NCBI RefSeq assembly: GCF_009914755.1
Contig: NC_060926.1
Direction: 5' to 3' (one strand)
Origin: the human T2T-CHM13v2.0 reference genome, Homo sapiens
Length of the DNA stretch: 64,000 bases
Part shown: piece after piece, positions 23,884 through 36,822 of the stretch
Layout of the letters: every line of letters begins with the position of its first letter
Position numbering within the stretch: the first letter of the stretch is position 1
The notes under the pieces: model-generated
What the model saw: the letters and a program-made list of their open reading frames with translations, nothing else
The model's database searches: none
What the model was told of the DNA's origin: nothing
Program-made: the position numbers and the translations under genes

Positions 23884-24189
23884 ATGACAGGATCAAATTC
23901 ACACATAACAATATTAACTTTAAATGTAAATGGACTAAATGCTCCAATTAAAAGACACAGACTGGCAAATTGGATAAAGAGTCAAGACCCATCAGTGTGC
24001 TGTATTCAGGAAACCCATCTCACATGCAGACACACACATAGGCTCAAAATAAAAGGATGGAGGAAGATCTACCAAGCAAATGGAAAACAAAAAAAGGCAG
24101 GGGTTGCAATCCTAGTCTCTGATAAAACAGACTTTAAACCAACAAAGATCAAAAGAGACAAAGAAGGCCATTACATAATGGTAAAGGGA
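23884..24189 (+). pseudogene. L1 ORF2p N-terminal APE endonuclease fragment (~102 aa)
   Basis: MTGSNSHITILTLNVNGLN...CCIQETHL...EGHYIMVKG, then reads into non-L1 flank to a stop at 24204. Confidence 0.95.
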
Positions 24190-25609
24190 GGGAGGGAGAG
24201 ATGAAAGAAATTTAAAACATGCATCCTTTATGAAGAAGTGAGAGATTTGTACACAAAATAAACACAAATGTGTGGTGATACATTCCTTTACTCATGTGTC
24301 CTAACACATTTTGTTATATAGAGCTAACGACGTTGCTGAAGTTTGAAAGGTAAAATGCTATCTTGTTACCTCCAACTGCTATCACCAAACCAGTCATAAA
24401 GTTTAAAAAAAAAAAAAAAAAAAAAAACCACATACAATTTTCAAACTATGAATGTTTTCAAATAAATGACTTTTTTCAGAGTAGGAATCATTTGATTGGA
24501 TTGAGAATGTTGTCCAGGAACTGTGAAGTGTGTGTATATGTGTATATTTGTGTGCACAGCCAGAGCCTGACGAATAGTACACTACCCAGTGATTTACAGA
24601 TAAGAAAGTATTTAGAACGTAGACAAGCTCAGACTACCAGGAGTGGGTTGCAAGCAGGGATACAAAGAAAGTTCACTGATGCCAACTGTCTTTCATCTGA
24701 ACACAGCTTGGAGTTTGGTCTGGAAAAAAAAAAAAAAGGGACTTTACTCAGTTGTTATTTTTTCAGAAATGATTCATTTATTCTTACTGCACAGCTGGAA
24801 ACACATGGGAAGAGGTGAATGTTTCACCGTGGAAGGTTCAGTTGGAAGGAATTTGCTATTGAGCTCATAAATTGTGAATTTCAGACCTCCAGTTCTAAGG
24901 TTGGGACCTAAGATTGGCAATGTCCTCCTTTCCATTACAGAACCAAACCAACGGGATTCCAGTGGGTCATTCCCCTGTAGACTCTCCCTGACTCCATAAG
25001 ACTGGCAAGGTTGAGGTTGCCTTCATAGGGCCAACCTTATGAGTCACCCAACTGGGTGAACCTCTGGTGCCTTTGGAGTCTGCTAAATATTTCAGAAAAG
25101 TCTCAATGGTTAGGACTATTGTTGCTTACAGCATCTGAATGTTCTGATGATGCTCAAGAAAGTTTCAGTTCTCACAGATCACAAATGACTGCCACAGTCA
25201 GAAGAACCTATAGTTAGTCTGCTTTTATTGAAAGAAGGTGAAGGAGGAAAAGGAGAAAAGTCAAAGGGTGAGGGGAAGATGAGAGACACAACTTTCATTT
25301 ATATGAAGTGGCAGGAAAAGCTGCGAAGAAACAGAATTTTCAAATTCTGTTTTCACCATTTGTCTCAGGCTATGTCTATATACTTGGCAATAAAATCCTG
25401 CTATCTCTAACTTTTACTTAAAATGATCGCTATGGTGCATGTAATGTATGACATCAGTTCTTCAATCTTAATCAATAACTCCAGGATGATGACACATTGG
25501 GCTATCTGAAGGTTGCCATTTAAAGGTTTTGCACTATCATTCAATCACTCTCTCTGCTCTCTCTGTTCAGCTTCACCTGCAGCTACCTATTCAAACCCAG
25601 CTCTCTTCA

Positions 25610-25925
25610 TGGTTTATTTGCTAATAAGCCATCCTGATTTAATTATTCTCTGAAAACACTATGTGAATCCCCACCTCCAGGTCTTTGCTCACATCACCTA
25701 CCCTCCACACATGCTGTCTCTCCTTCCTGTCAAAGCACACCTGTGTGTCTGCAGTCCTTGGCTCATCCTCCTCCTGCTCCTCTGAACTCCTATAACGCTT
25801 TCAGTGTCATTGAATTCCCAGTGTATGTTTCTTTCATTGTCAGATATTACTGTCCTTGATGGCAAAGACTATGGTTTCAGGCTTTTTTATATTCTTGTCA
25901 TCAGTGATAGGTGCCATCAGTAATG
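25610..25925 (+). mobile_element. Old L2 fragment
   Basis: cccacctccaggtctttgctcac...ctcctctgaactcctata...tccttgatggcaaagactatg. Confidence 0.45.
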
Positions 25926-26014
25926 GGTGTTCGACCTCTTCACAGCAATACCGAATACAAAGAAAATTCTGGACTCAGACAGAGTTGGGTCAAGTCCCAT
26001 CGCCACTGTTTACT

Positions 26015-26820
26015 AGATTCCTCCTGTCCCTGGCCCTCACATCCAATGTGTCGTGAAGCCCTGTCAGTTTTACTTCCAAAATATATATTCAATCTAGTTG
26101 CTTCCCTTTTCCATTGTGTTTATTCATATCACCAGCGTCTTTCACTTCAGCCATCAAGACAGCCTCCTATCTAGCCTTCATGCTTCCATTCTTGCTCCTT
26201 CCCCTCCATTCTCCATACTAAATACAATAATCTTTTTGTTAAGAGTAAGCCAGATCATCTTACTTCCATGCTAAAAACTCTTTAATGTTTTCCCGCTGTG
26301 CTTGGGATGAAGCCCAGACCCCTGACCATGGCTTGAAGAATGTCTGACCTCTACCCTTCTCTGCAGCATCATCTCACACCTGTCTACCCCTCTGTCACTA
26401 CACTCCAGCCACACTGGCCCTTGGATACTTCCTTAAAATGGCTTAGTTCTCACCCATCTTCAGGGCCTCTGCCTGGACAGTTATCTCAATCTGAAATCCT
26501 CTTTCTTGATTCTCAGCCTAGCTGGCTTCTTCTCATCCCTCAGGTTTCAGCTCAAATGTCCCACTGTCACAGAGAACCTTCTCATCACCCTATCTAACAT
26601 ATTCCTGTCCACCTTGTTTTTCTCTATTACAGCATCCTGTTTACTACTCTTATGGCACAACAGTCCATAATTATCTTGTTTGTTTACTTGTCTGTATCTG
26701 CTGAGTCAGTGAAAATGTACAACCCATGAAGGTAGGCATCATATCTGTTGTGTTCTCCATTGTCTCTGTCACCACTAGGATAGAGTCTAATGCATAGCAT
26801 ATGCTCAATAAACAGTATTA
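26015..26820 (+). mobile_element. L2a 3' region
   Basis: cacatccaat...ccagatcatcttacttccatgctaaaaactc...cactccagccacactggcc...ctcaggtttcagctcaaatgtc...tgctcaataaa. Confidence 0.85.
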
Positions 26821-26864
26821 GCAACTTTTACTAAACAGAACATGTTAATTTACGAACAGAGTCA

Positions 26865-28707
26865 CAGGCATATACTTCTATTTCTTCCCTCTCAGCCTTT
26901 GTGCTATTGTTCTTGTACATTTTACTACATATAAAGCCCACACTGCCTTATTATTATTTTTAACAGCCCACTATCTTTTAAAGAGATTTAGCTAATAAGA
27001 AAAAAAAAACCCTACATATTTATCTATGTGGTCACTGTTTTCAATTCTCTTCATTGTGTTGCATAGATCCCTATCTGGTATCACATTTTTTCTGCCTGAA
27101 GACTATTTTTTAAAGCATTTCTTGTAGTACAGGTCTACGGATAATAAATTATTTCAGCCTTTTTATGTCTAAAAAAATCTTTATTTTGTTTTCATTTTGA
27201 AAGATGTTTACACTGGGTATAGAATTCTAGGTTTTATTACTTTAGAATTTTAAAGATAGTGCTCCACTGTCTTCTTACTTACATTGTTTCTAATAGGTAA
27301 TCTGCCATCAACCTTAATTTTTGTCTCTCTGTATACAACGTATTTTTTTTTCTATGGCTGCTTTTAAAATTTTTTCTACCACTGGTTTTGAATAATTTGA
27401 TTGTGATGTACTTAGCATTTTCTTTATGTTTCTTGTGATTGGAGTTCTTAAGATTCTTGGATCCGTGGACTTGTGGTTTTCATTAAATTTGAAAACTTTT
27501 TGGCTATTATTTCTTCAAATATTTTTATATGCCAATATAACCCCACTTTGAGGACTCCAGTAGCATGTAGATGAGGCTAATGGAGATTGTTTCATACTTT
27601 ACTGATAAATCTCTTCTGTCTTTTGAGCCTTTTTTCTCTGTATATTTCCTTTTGGATAGCTTCTATAGCTGTCTTCAATTCACTAATCTTTACCTCTGCA
27701 ATGTCTAATATGCTGTTAATCTCATCAAGCGTGCTTTTTATCTCAGACATTGTAGTTCTCACCTTTTAAAGTTTGATTTGGTTTGGTCTTTTTTACATCT
27801 AATTAGTACGTATCTCTATTAACAAGCATGCTCAACCTTTTCTCTAGCTTCTTGAACACACAGAATACAGTTACAGTAACTGTTTTTAGTGCCCACGTCA
27901 TCAAATTTTAACAGCACTGTTAGTTCTGGCTGGATTCTAATTAATTGTTTTTACCTCATTTAGGTCATATATTCCTGTTTTGCTTGACTAGTTATTTATT
28001 ATTGGATGCCAGGCACTGTGGATTTCACCTTGTTGGGTGCTGACTATTTTGTAGTTCCTATAAATATTCTTCGTTCTGGGATGCAGTTAAGCTACTTGGA
28101 AAGTTTGATTCATTGCTGGCTTGCTTGTAGGCTTTATTAGGTAGTCTTAGGTCTAGGGCTATTTATTCCCTACTACTGAAGCAAGTCTCTTGTAAAGATT
28201 CTATCCAGTGACCAGGAATCATGAAGGTTTTGAGTTTGGCTGATGAGAACAGGCACTATTCCTTGCCTTGTGTGAGTACCAGGCACTTTTCCCTCTAATA
28301 CTTCCAGGTGGTTCTTTCTTCTTCCTGGGAAGTTTTTTCACACACATGTGCTAATCAATATATAGCCAAATACTCAAACGGACCCTCTGCAGATTTCTAG
28401 AATTCTCTCTGTGTGCAGCATGTTCCTCCCTGGCACTCTGCCCTATGACTTCTAGCTGCCTTGGGGCCCCTAGATCCTCAGTTCCATCTCCTCCTCCTGT
28501 ACCACAGCCTGGAAATTTTCTTAAGGTTATAAGCTGCAGCAATCACAGGGCTCAACTCACCTGAGTCCCTCAGGAATCACTGTCTTTCAATGTCTAATGT
28601 CCAGTGTCTTGAAAGTGGGCTTGTCTTTTTTGTTTTTAGATTTTTAATAATTTTGGAGGAAGAGCATGTCTGGTCCATTTTACTCCATTTTGGTTGGAAG
28701 CAGAAGT
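26865..28707 (-). mobile_element. Ancient L1M (L1ME-group) 5'UTR and ORF1 region
   Basis: gcatttcttgtagtacaggtct...ctgggtatagaattctaggtt (old L1 ORF1 reversed); ends tactccattttggttggaagcagaagt, resembling a reversed L1ME 5' terminus. Confidence 0.75.
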
Positions 28708-30024
28708 TGCATGATGCATATAAACATTACCTAATCCTCTTGCTCATCAAGCTACTATCTGGGAAACAGTTCTAGTGGATAATAAAACAGTAATAAGGAA
28801 AACATTTTTCAAAAAGTAGAGAAGGAAGAATGTACTATGAAGTCCCACACCCTAGTTATGCTGGAGTTGGCTAGCAGAGAAAGGAGAAGGAAATAATCAC
28901 TACTAATTACTGTGTTATTTGGGGGTATATAGAATAGGCCATGCTAAATAAAATTCTTTTCTATTTTGGTAGAAACTAAGGTAGGGTTCAGTAAGGTGAA
29001 AACAAAGCCAACACCCCTCTCTTAAGCCTCTTCTTTCATTAAGTGATGTGACCTGCGCCACAAAGGAGGGTCATCAGCAAACACAATGGTCTGTGAGCAC
29101 ATCACAGGATGTGCTCATTATACCACAAAGATAGAGTAGGGACCAAGCAATCACAGGGCAACACGGAAAATTGTTTTATAAGCCGATTTTTACAAATTGA
29201 TTTCAAAACTGGGGAGCAATTACCATTAAGCAAAATAATTTGCTGCCCCAAAGAGGCTAGGGCAAGGCAATAGGTCCAAAGATAACCTAAGCCATCATTA
29301 GAGAAATCCAGTTATTTAGTCAATTTTACTTATTTACAGGACTAAAGATTAATGAGTTCAGATACTCACTCAGACAGTAATTAGGTTTCAAAAACATACT
29401 ATAACACAATCAATCATGGCTCTTGAACATAATGGCATTAGGGCAGAGCCCTCTTTCAGCTCCAGTTATTAGCAACTGATTGGTGAACACTGGGCTTAAG
29501 CTGAGAGGCTACCCCAGGGCCCTGCAATAAAATGAAAGAAAACCTTTGAATAAGAAGACAGCATATCTTTGATCCTTTGTCCTTTGCTTGGATATTCTGA
29601 GATATTATGCTCAGAATGTAAGAATCTGTAACAGAACTTCAAGATTGGTGGCATTTCAAAATACAGTTGGTATTTCACTTTCAATAAAAATTTACTTGAA
29701 AATCCAGCTATCTATATTCCTTTGAATCTCATCTTTGATGGATATTATCACTTTCTTTTGAATTCATAAAAACTTACTTTCTCATTACTTTATAAATAAA
29801 GATAACTTAGGGATTTTATGAGTATACTGGGACTCCATGGCACCAAAGAGAAAGGCAGGAGAATAAAAAGCAAAAGAGCTTTTAGATGAGGAACAAATTT
29901 CCATTTTCTGCTTTTATTTAGCAAAGAATAGCTTCTCTTGTCATGGAACAAGGTAAAGGCATAAGTCCTAGATTCATAAAATCTAGGGTGGAGAAGAGAT
30001 AGGAAAAGGAAAAAGCAGTAATCA

Positions 30025-30770
30025 CTTGGAACATTTTTAGATATAAAGAAAAGTTGCAAGGATAATAGAGAATTTCCATATACCCTTTGCCCAGTTTCCC
30101 CTAATGTTAACATCTCACATTACCATGACACATTTGCCAAAACTGCAAAACTAACATTGGTACATGACTATTAACTAAACTCCAGATGTCATTTGGATTT
30201 TACCTGTTTTTCTACTAATATTATTTTTGTGCTCTGTATTTTTTGTTTTTTTGTTCCAGGATCCAGTCCAATATACCACTTTGCATTTGGTCATCTGCCT
30301 CCTTAAGTCTTTTCAGGTCTATGCAGCCTCTTAGTCGTTCTTTGTTTCCCATGACCTTGACAGTTTTGAAGAATACTGGAGAGGTAGGCTGTAGAATGTC
30401 CCTCAGTATGTCTAATGTTTTCTCATGACTAAAGTGGGGCTATGGATTTTTGGAAAGAATACCACGTAGGTAAAGTACCCTTCTCACTGCAATATGTCAG
30501 CAGCTATAAGGATATCAGCATGATTTATTACTGGTGATATTCACCTTAATCATTTGGTTAAGGTGATGACTGCCAGTTTTCTCCACTGTAAAGTTACTTT
30601 TCCCTTTCCATATTCTATTCTCTGGAAGCAAGTCACTATGTACAACTCCCATTTGAGAGGGAGAGAGAGAATAAAGCTCTGTCTCTTAGAGAGTGGGTAT
30701 CCACTTATTTTACTTGGATTTCCTCTATAAGAAATATTTGACCTTCTCCCCTTTTATTTATTTATTCAAT
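30025..30770 (-). mobile_element. L1MC4/L1MC5-like 3' end
   Basis: gaaaagttgcaag...cccagtttcccctaatgttaacatc...ttccaggatccagtcca...atgaccttgacagttttgaagaatactgg. Confidence 0.8.
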
Positions 30771-31987
30771 TGTTTCCCTTCCCTATTTTTAATAAATACT
30801 TTCTCCTAGCTTCTTCTCTCTATATATTGGATTTTATATCAAAGTATATAGCAAACACAATAGCTCATGCTGTATTGGAAAGACTCACCAGACCTCCTTC
30901 AAAGACACGTGCCTGTCCTCCATGAAGCCACTGTGCAATTTGTTGAATTTGTAGTTTTACCCTTCACATTTTTTTTCCTGACTTTTTTAATGGAAAGCTT
31001 ATTTTTCTGTGGTTGTTTGTATAGATGCCAGGCATTTCCTTTAAGAGTGTTAGGACTTTCTCTGATACAGTTCACTTTTTTCATACATATTATACAGGCT
31101 ATGGAATCAATCTAAGACTGTGTAAACTTAGGCTGTATCTCCATAAGTTTTTAAGACCCAGTTGAAAAATAAAAATATAATATTTGTTCCATTCAATCCA
31201 GCAGTTGTTTAATTTCCATAACAGCAAGCAAAGGGTTTGACTGACTTTTTCTAAACTAATCATGTTTCTCTCTGTTTCCATTTGGATCTACAAATTCTTT
31301 TACCATATGAGAATCCTTGGGAAATAAAAAAAAAAAGAATTGACGTATTTTCCCCTACATAGTCTCTTCCCTGCCCAGCCCTTCTCCAAGGAAAAGAAAA
31401 GACCCCCTTAAACCTTTAAATTCAGTCCTGAGATAGATACTGAGGTGCATAACTGCAGAAGAGCATAGGGATTTGCATTTGATGTTTGGTTTATCTGAAG
31501 CCCAATCAATTGGCTCCCTGAATGAGCCAGACCAAATTTCTTGTGTGCTATGCCAGGCTTCCTGTGAGTCTTGAGTCCAACCATTGGATTCTCACCAGCT
31601 TTTCCAGGAGAGAGCAACACAAGACCCATGGGACCTTCTGCATTCCAGCTCTAAGAAAGTTCTGTCAACAAGGCATTGATTTCAAGTATGGGTAAAGGCA
31701 TCCCCCAGTGTGTCACCATGCACGAATATTGCCAATGCTAACATGTGCTATAAGCCAGACTTTCCTCATTCTGCCAACAATAAGAAGTGTGCAGCAGCTC
31801 AAGGAGGAGCAGGGGAGGCTGCCACCCCTGTAGAATACCCATCGAGTCCTTGGCACTGAACTAGACCTGCTGAGTAGGAAAAGGACACAGACCACTTCAT
31901 TTTTATTCCTTCCCGCTATGGTTCTTCTTGTCAAGGCCTCATTGCCTCTTTCCTTCTCAATCTCCTTCATCTCTTAAGAATATTCTA

Positions 31988-32283
31988 GCCGGGCACAGTA
32001 GCTCACATCTGTAATCCCAGCACTTTGGGAGGCAGAGGTGGGTGATCGCCCACCCACCTGAGGTCAGGAGTTTGAGACCAGCCTGGCCAGCATGGTGAAA
32101 CCCCATCTCTACTAAAAACAGAAATTAGCTGGGCGTGGTGGCGGGCCCTTGTAATCTCAGCTACTCAGGAGGCTGAGGCAGGAGAACTGCTTGAACCCAG
32201 GAGGCAGAGGTTGCAGTAAGCCAAGATTGCGCCATTGCACCACCTGGATGACAAGAGCAAAACTCCATCTCAAAAAAAAAAAA
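31988..32283 (+). mobile_element. AluS (AluSq-like)
   Basis: Full dimer with A tail; gcgccattgcac and gacaagagc diagnostics; TSD aagaatattcta(gc) at 31976 and 32284. Confidence 0.95.
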
Positions 32284-32444
32284 AAGAATATTCTAGCTGG
32301 TGGATTATTTCCATTCTTCAGAAGTTCCAAGTGTCCAAACATATGCATTTTTTGTTATATACCATTTGTATGTGCTGTTTCAAATATTTTCCATTTTATT
32401 CCAGTCTAGCATATAAGCAGTTAAAAATATAAGGTTAAAAAAAT

Positions 32445-32590
32445 TATATGTCTTATCAGTCCTTTCTGCTAGAATGTAAATGCTATGAAGACACTTAAGA
32501 TTTGTTTACTGCTATGTTGGTTGTGTTTAACAGAGGACCAAGAGGATAATACAGGCTCAATAAATATTTGCTGCACAGAAAGGAAAAATG
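32445..32590 (+). mobile_element. L2 3' tail
   Basis: gctagaatgtaaatgctatgaagac...caggctcaataaatatttgctg. Confidence 0.55.
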
Positions 32591-33572
32591 AAAGTCTCCT
32601 CCCAGTGCCTAGTACATCACCTCGACTCAGTCATCATACTGACTGCCGGATGTCAATCATGCCTATTCTCTAAGGGCTTAAGGTCTAGATTAGTGGTAAG
32701 GTAACCATGTCTAGCATACTTTAAGAAATAGTGACTGCAAATGTTATATTTATAGAGTCATTTAAAATCCCCTTCTCCCCCAAATACTTTTTTAATCTCA
32801 TTCTCTGAGCAATTCTATGATATTGGTTTAGTGACTGATTTCTTAGGATCCCAATCTGGATGAAAATAACTGAACCTACCCTCGACAATTTTGATCCATT
32901 GGCACTGACAACACCAAGCATTTGTTGTGAAAGAGCTAGCTGAATGAGGAAAGTTAATTTTTGTACCTTTTGTAATCATCCTATAAATGTAAAATCATAA
33001 CAAAAAAATCAGAAGTATTTCTCAAGTGCATTTTTAGTTTTCTGAAATTACAGTACATACATTTCATGTCTCGTACTCCAAACCTTGACCTTTTACTTGT
33101 CAGTAGGCAAGTTTGGGTTGGACATACTTTCTTCCAGACATGCTCATTTTTTGTTGGAGTCTTGATTGGGCCTTCACATCTCCAGATGAACCAAACATGA
33201 TCATTTTGTGATCATTAAAAATTCTCCATATACTTAAATATACTTATATATTTATGCTTCTAACTTGACAAAATGACTTTAAAGTGTAATTGAAGTACAA
33301 AGATGTGTATTACATATCTTAAATTCTCTTTACCTTTCCCTCTCCCCTCTCAATATCTCCCTTTTTCTCTTACCTTCCAACTTTACCTCACTCCTAGATT
33401 TTATGAATCTAAGACTTGCACCTTTTTTCATTGCTCTAACTTCATGATAAATAAGTTAGCTAGCAAGGCCTCCCAAATCTCTAATTGAAATACACGTGAA
33501 TCATTTTGGGGGAATCTCACAAGCTTGTCGGAACAGTCTGCCAAACCTGGGGAGATGAGCACCAGGGTATGA

Positions 33573-33872
<300 letters not shown>

Positions 33873-35226
33873 GGGTATGAACATTTTAATGAACAGTGGT
33901 CAGGTCACCAGGATCATCCCCCTTCAGTACCAGAGTCAAGGGGATCAGCCAACACACGTGGCAAGGCCAGAGGTACAGGTCCCCAGAAGAGAGACAGAGC
34001 CTTGACTGCAGGTCTTCCATGTGTCTCCATTGTGTCTGCCTACTCCCCGATTCAAAATTCCTTCCTGCTTTCAAATCCAAGAAAAATAAACTCAGATTCC
34101 AGGGTCAGACATTTTTCTCTTTCTAAAAAGTATCAACACTCCCTCCCCTCACCACTCCCCACAAGGAAGTGGATGCAATGCCTGTTCACAAAGGCACATT
34201 GGGTGAGGATCTCTGTGTTTAGATTCCTCTCTACAGAGGCCAGAAAGTCTTTAGAGTCACAGAACTGACCCTCGGGCTGAAGCTTGAGGTCATCCTTCAT
34301 GTTCAGAGTTCCTCACATGCCGTCCCCTGCTCTCTGCCAGACTGTTTGGTGACAAAGAGTCCAGAGGGAGGGAGAGTAAGAAGGGGAAGGGGCCAAGGCA
34401 GGGCTTCTCTTTCCAAGATGTAAAAGGCAAACTTCAGGCCACCAAGTCCAAATCGACAACCAGATAGAACCTCTGTGCTGGTTTGAGCTATTGCTCAACG
34501 TTCTAGGCTTTAATATTTTAAGAAAAGTTTATTATGACAAGTCAATGACAGCACTTTTAGTAGGTTAATAAATCATGGGCATATTATATCACAGAGATGA
34601 CAGCTATGTAAAGCATCACAGGAAACCTGATATTATTTCAACAAAATAGCAACTAGAGCGTCTTGGCACTTACTGTAATTTTAAGTCAAGGTTTAAAAAT
34701 ATATTATTATTAATATTACTGAATGAGAAATTTCCTTGGATTGGGTACTGAGAAATGAAACAGTTCATTGCACAGTTTAGTGTGAGAAGGAATGAAGCAT
34801 TACGTGGGGAAGGGATTGCAAATGCAGCTTCCTATATTGATGCTCTGGTTATTTTTTATGATTTGCTAATAGCAGGTTAGGGGAGGGAAAGGAACCCAAA
34901 CCAGATGAAAAATAGGATAAAAAGATGGCCAAGAGCTTTCTTTCATGGCCTCTTTCCAAGCATATGTGGAAAAAAAAGAGATGTTAATTTTTTAATAAGA
35001 TTCAGAGCATGGTAGAGTAGGAATTGGGGGCCGACCCAATCTTGTTTTGTTTCTTTCATAAAGGAAACTTGGAAGCAGCTGTCAGAGCTGGGGGGTGACA
35101 GATGTTAGCAGTGAAGGGTGCAAAGGCAACAACTTACTCCTCCTTCCAAACTGTGAAAATTGTCCTGTGCCAACATTTTTCTGTTCTTTTGGTGGACAGG
35201 ACAGTGGATTGGCAGGATTAAGAAAG

Positions 35227-35465
35227 AATAATAAACCCTGATATGTAAATAGTACTTTCCAGTTTACAAAATGCTTTTACATATTTTATCTCAAATCAGC
35301 TTTCTACAATAAGCAATCTAGGCTCTGCTGTAATTCTTTTCACATGAGAAGGTGAAGGCTTGGGGAGGTGAAGTGACTTGCCCCCAAACCCACAAAACTG
35401 CTTGTGATTGAGAAAGGCTAATAATCCAATCTCCTGGTGGTTGGGTCAGAGCTTTTTCCATTATG
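35227..35465 (-). mobile_element. MIR-family SINE (MIRc/MIR3-like)
   Basis: atagtactttccagtttacaaaatgcttttacatattttatctc...gaggtgaagtgacttgccc. Confidence 0.7.
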
Positions 35466-36694
35466 TGTGTTTATCTCAGTTTCATCTGGTTTGGGTTTCT
35501 TTCCCTGCTCCATCCTAATATGAGCAAATTATAAAACATAACCAGAACATCAATATAGGAAACTGCATTTGCAATCCCTTCCCCACATAATACTTCATTC
35601 CTTCTCACACTGAACTTTGCAATGAATTGTTTTAGTTTTTAGTACCCCATCCAAGACTATGTTAATCCATGTCACTATTTCTTTTAACTTCTTGTAACTG
35701 CTTAGCACTGGAATCCAATAGTTTAGTGGGCATAGTCAGTGCCATCATCCCTGGAGGGAAAGGTGTCCCCTCACAATCTTCCTTCTTAATCCTGGCCTCA
35801 GGGCTGGCTTCGTTCCTCTGGTTTTGGATGAGAGAGAAGGGTATTTCACACCAAGGAAGGCTTGACGTTCAGAACAACATCTTGGCAAGGGCAGAGGCCA
35901 GCTAGGAAGGGTGAAAGAATCTGTTTTCAGCTCTCTCAGCTCCTGAAGGTCCTCTTTCTGTGTTTAGCATTGCCTTTTCTCTAGGTCTGTCTTCCACCTT
36001 CCAGGAAACCAGGGTGTTTCTCCACCACACAGCCACATCCAAAATCTGCCCTCAAGAATCCAGTACCAGTCACTTAAGCCTTGGTCTAAATTTAAATCTA
36101 TGGTACTTCTCCTAGGGATATATTCATAGCAAGCCTATGTTTAATTGTGGAATAAAATATTTTCCTGCAAAATAATGATAATAATAATAATCATGAACTA
36201 CTACAAACATGGAAGAGTTGTTCAGTGATTTTCTTGGGGAAGGAAATGGAAAATTTCCTCATATCCCTGACAATGTGCTACACATAGGCACCATTTAAAA
36301 GATGATCCAAGCATTGAAAATGTCACAGCATTGTGTATCATCAAGGTATCCTTTAAAGGATAATAGATCATTCAGCATTGTATTACAACAGTGATCATTT
36401 TGAAGGTTTGTAATTGAGACACAGAAAAAAATGGAAGTGATGTCATCAAAAAATTTAAAAGCCCCTGGCTTCTAGAACACTCTGTAAGACTCTAAGACAG
36501 GTAAGAGCTATCAACCTAATGACCACAGGCTGCAAACCCCAGAAAACTTTAGAGCACAGCTTTCAAATAAGTGGCAACTGGAAATCTACCAGTCAAGGTT
36601 TTAAATTTTTTAACATAAATGTAAATCTACTTAACTAATAGCATTGACCCATTCCCTGCTCTTCCTTTTTATTGCTTTCCAAGGCCATGTTATT

Positions 36695-36822
36695 TCACTT
36701 GCACGGAATTAGACACCAAGGATTAAGTCATTTACTCTAGAGTGACCCAGGAGTGGAACTGAGGGTATAACCCAGGCCCACTGACTCCCTTCCACAAGCC
36801 ATGGATGCTTTAACTACTACAT
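36695..36822 (-). mobile_element. MIR fragment
   Basis: ggattaagtcatttactctagagtgacccag...ataacccaggcccactgactcc. Confidence 0.45.

Larger units (their letters stand above)
21747..24189 (+). mobile_element. L1PA3/L1PA4-type LINE-1 with complete 5'UTR, ORF1 and first ~300 bp of ORF2; 3' part missing
   Basis: Starts gcagccaagatggcc (YY1 site); 5'UTR about 1040 bp; ORF1 and ORF2 translations match L1 proteins; homology stops abruptly after ggtaaaggga. Confidence 0.97.

Noticed and set aside
24206-24213. agaaattt after the truncated L1 as a possible second TSD copy (matches 21729-21736)
   Set aside because: Only 8 AT-rich bases match, the rest (gcactatgtc) is absent, and no poly(A) precedes it.
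32157-32432. Alu-overlapping ORFs (also 45472-45930 and 55245-55511)
   Set aside because: Familiar spurious Alu translations.
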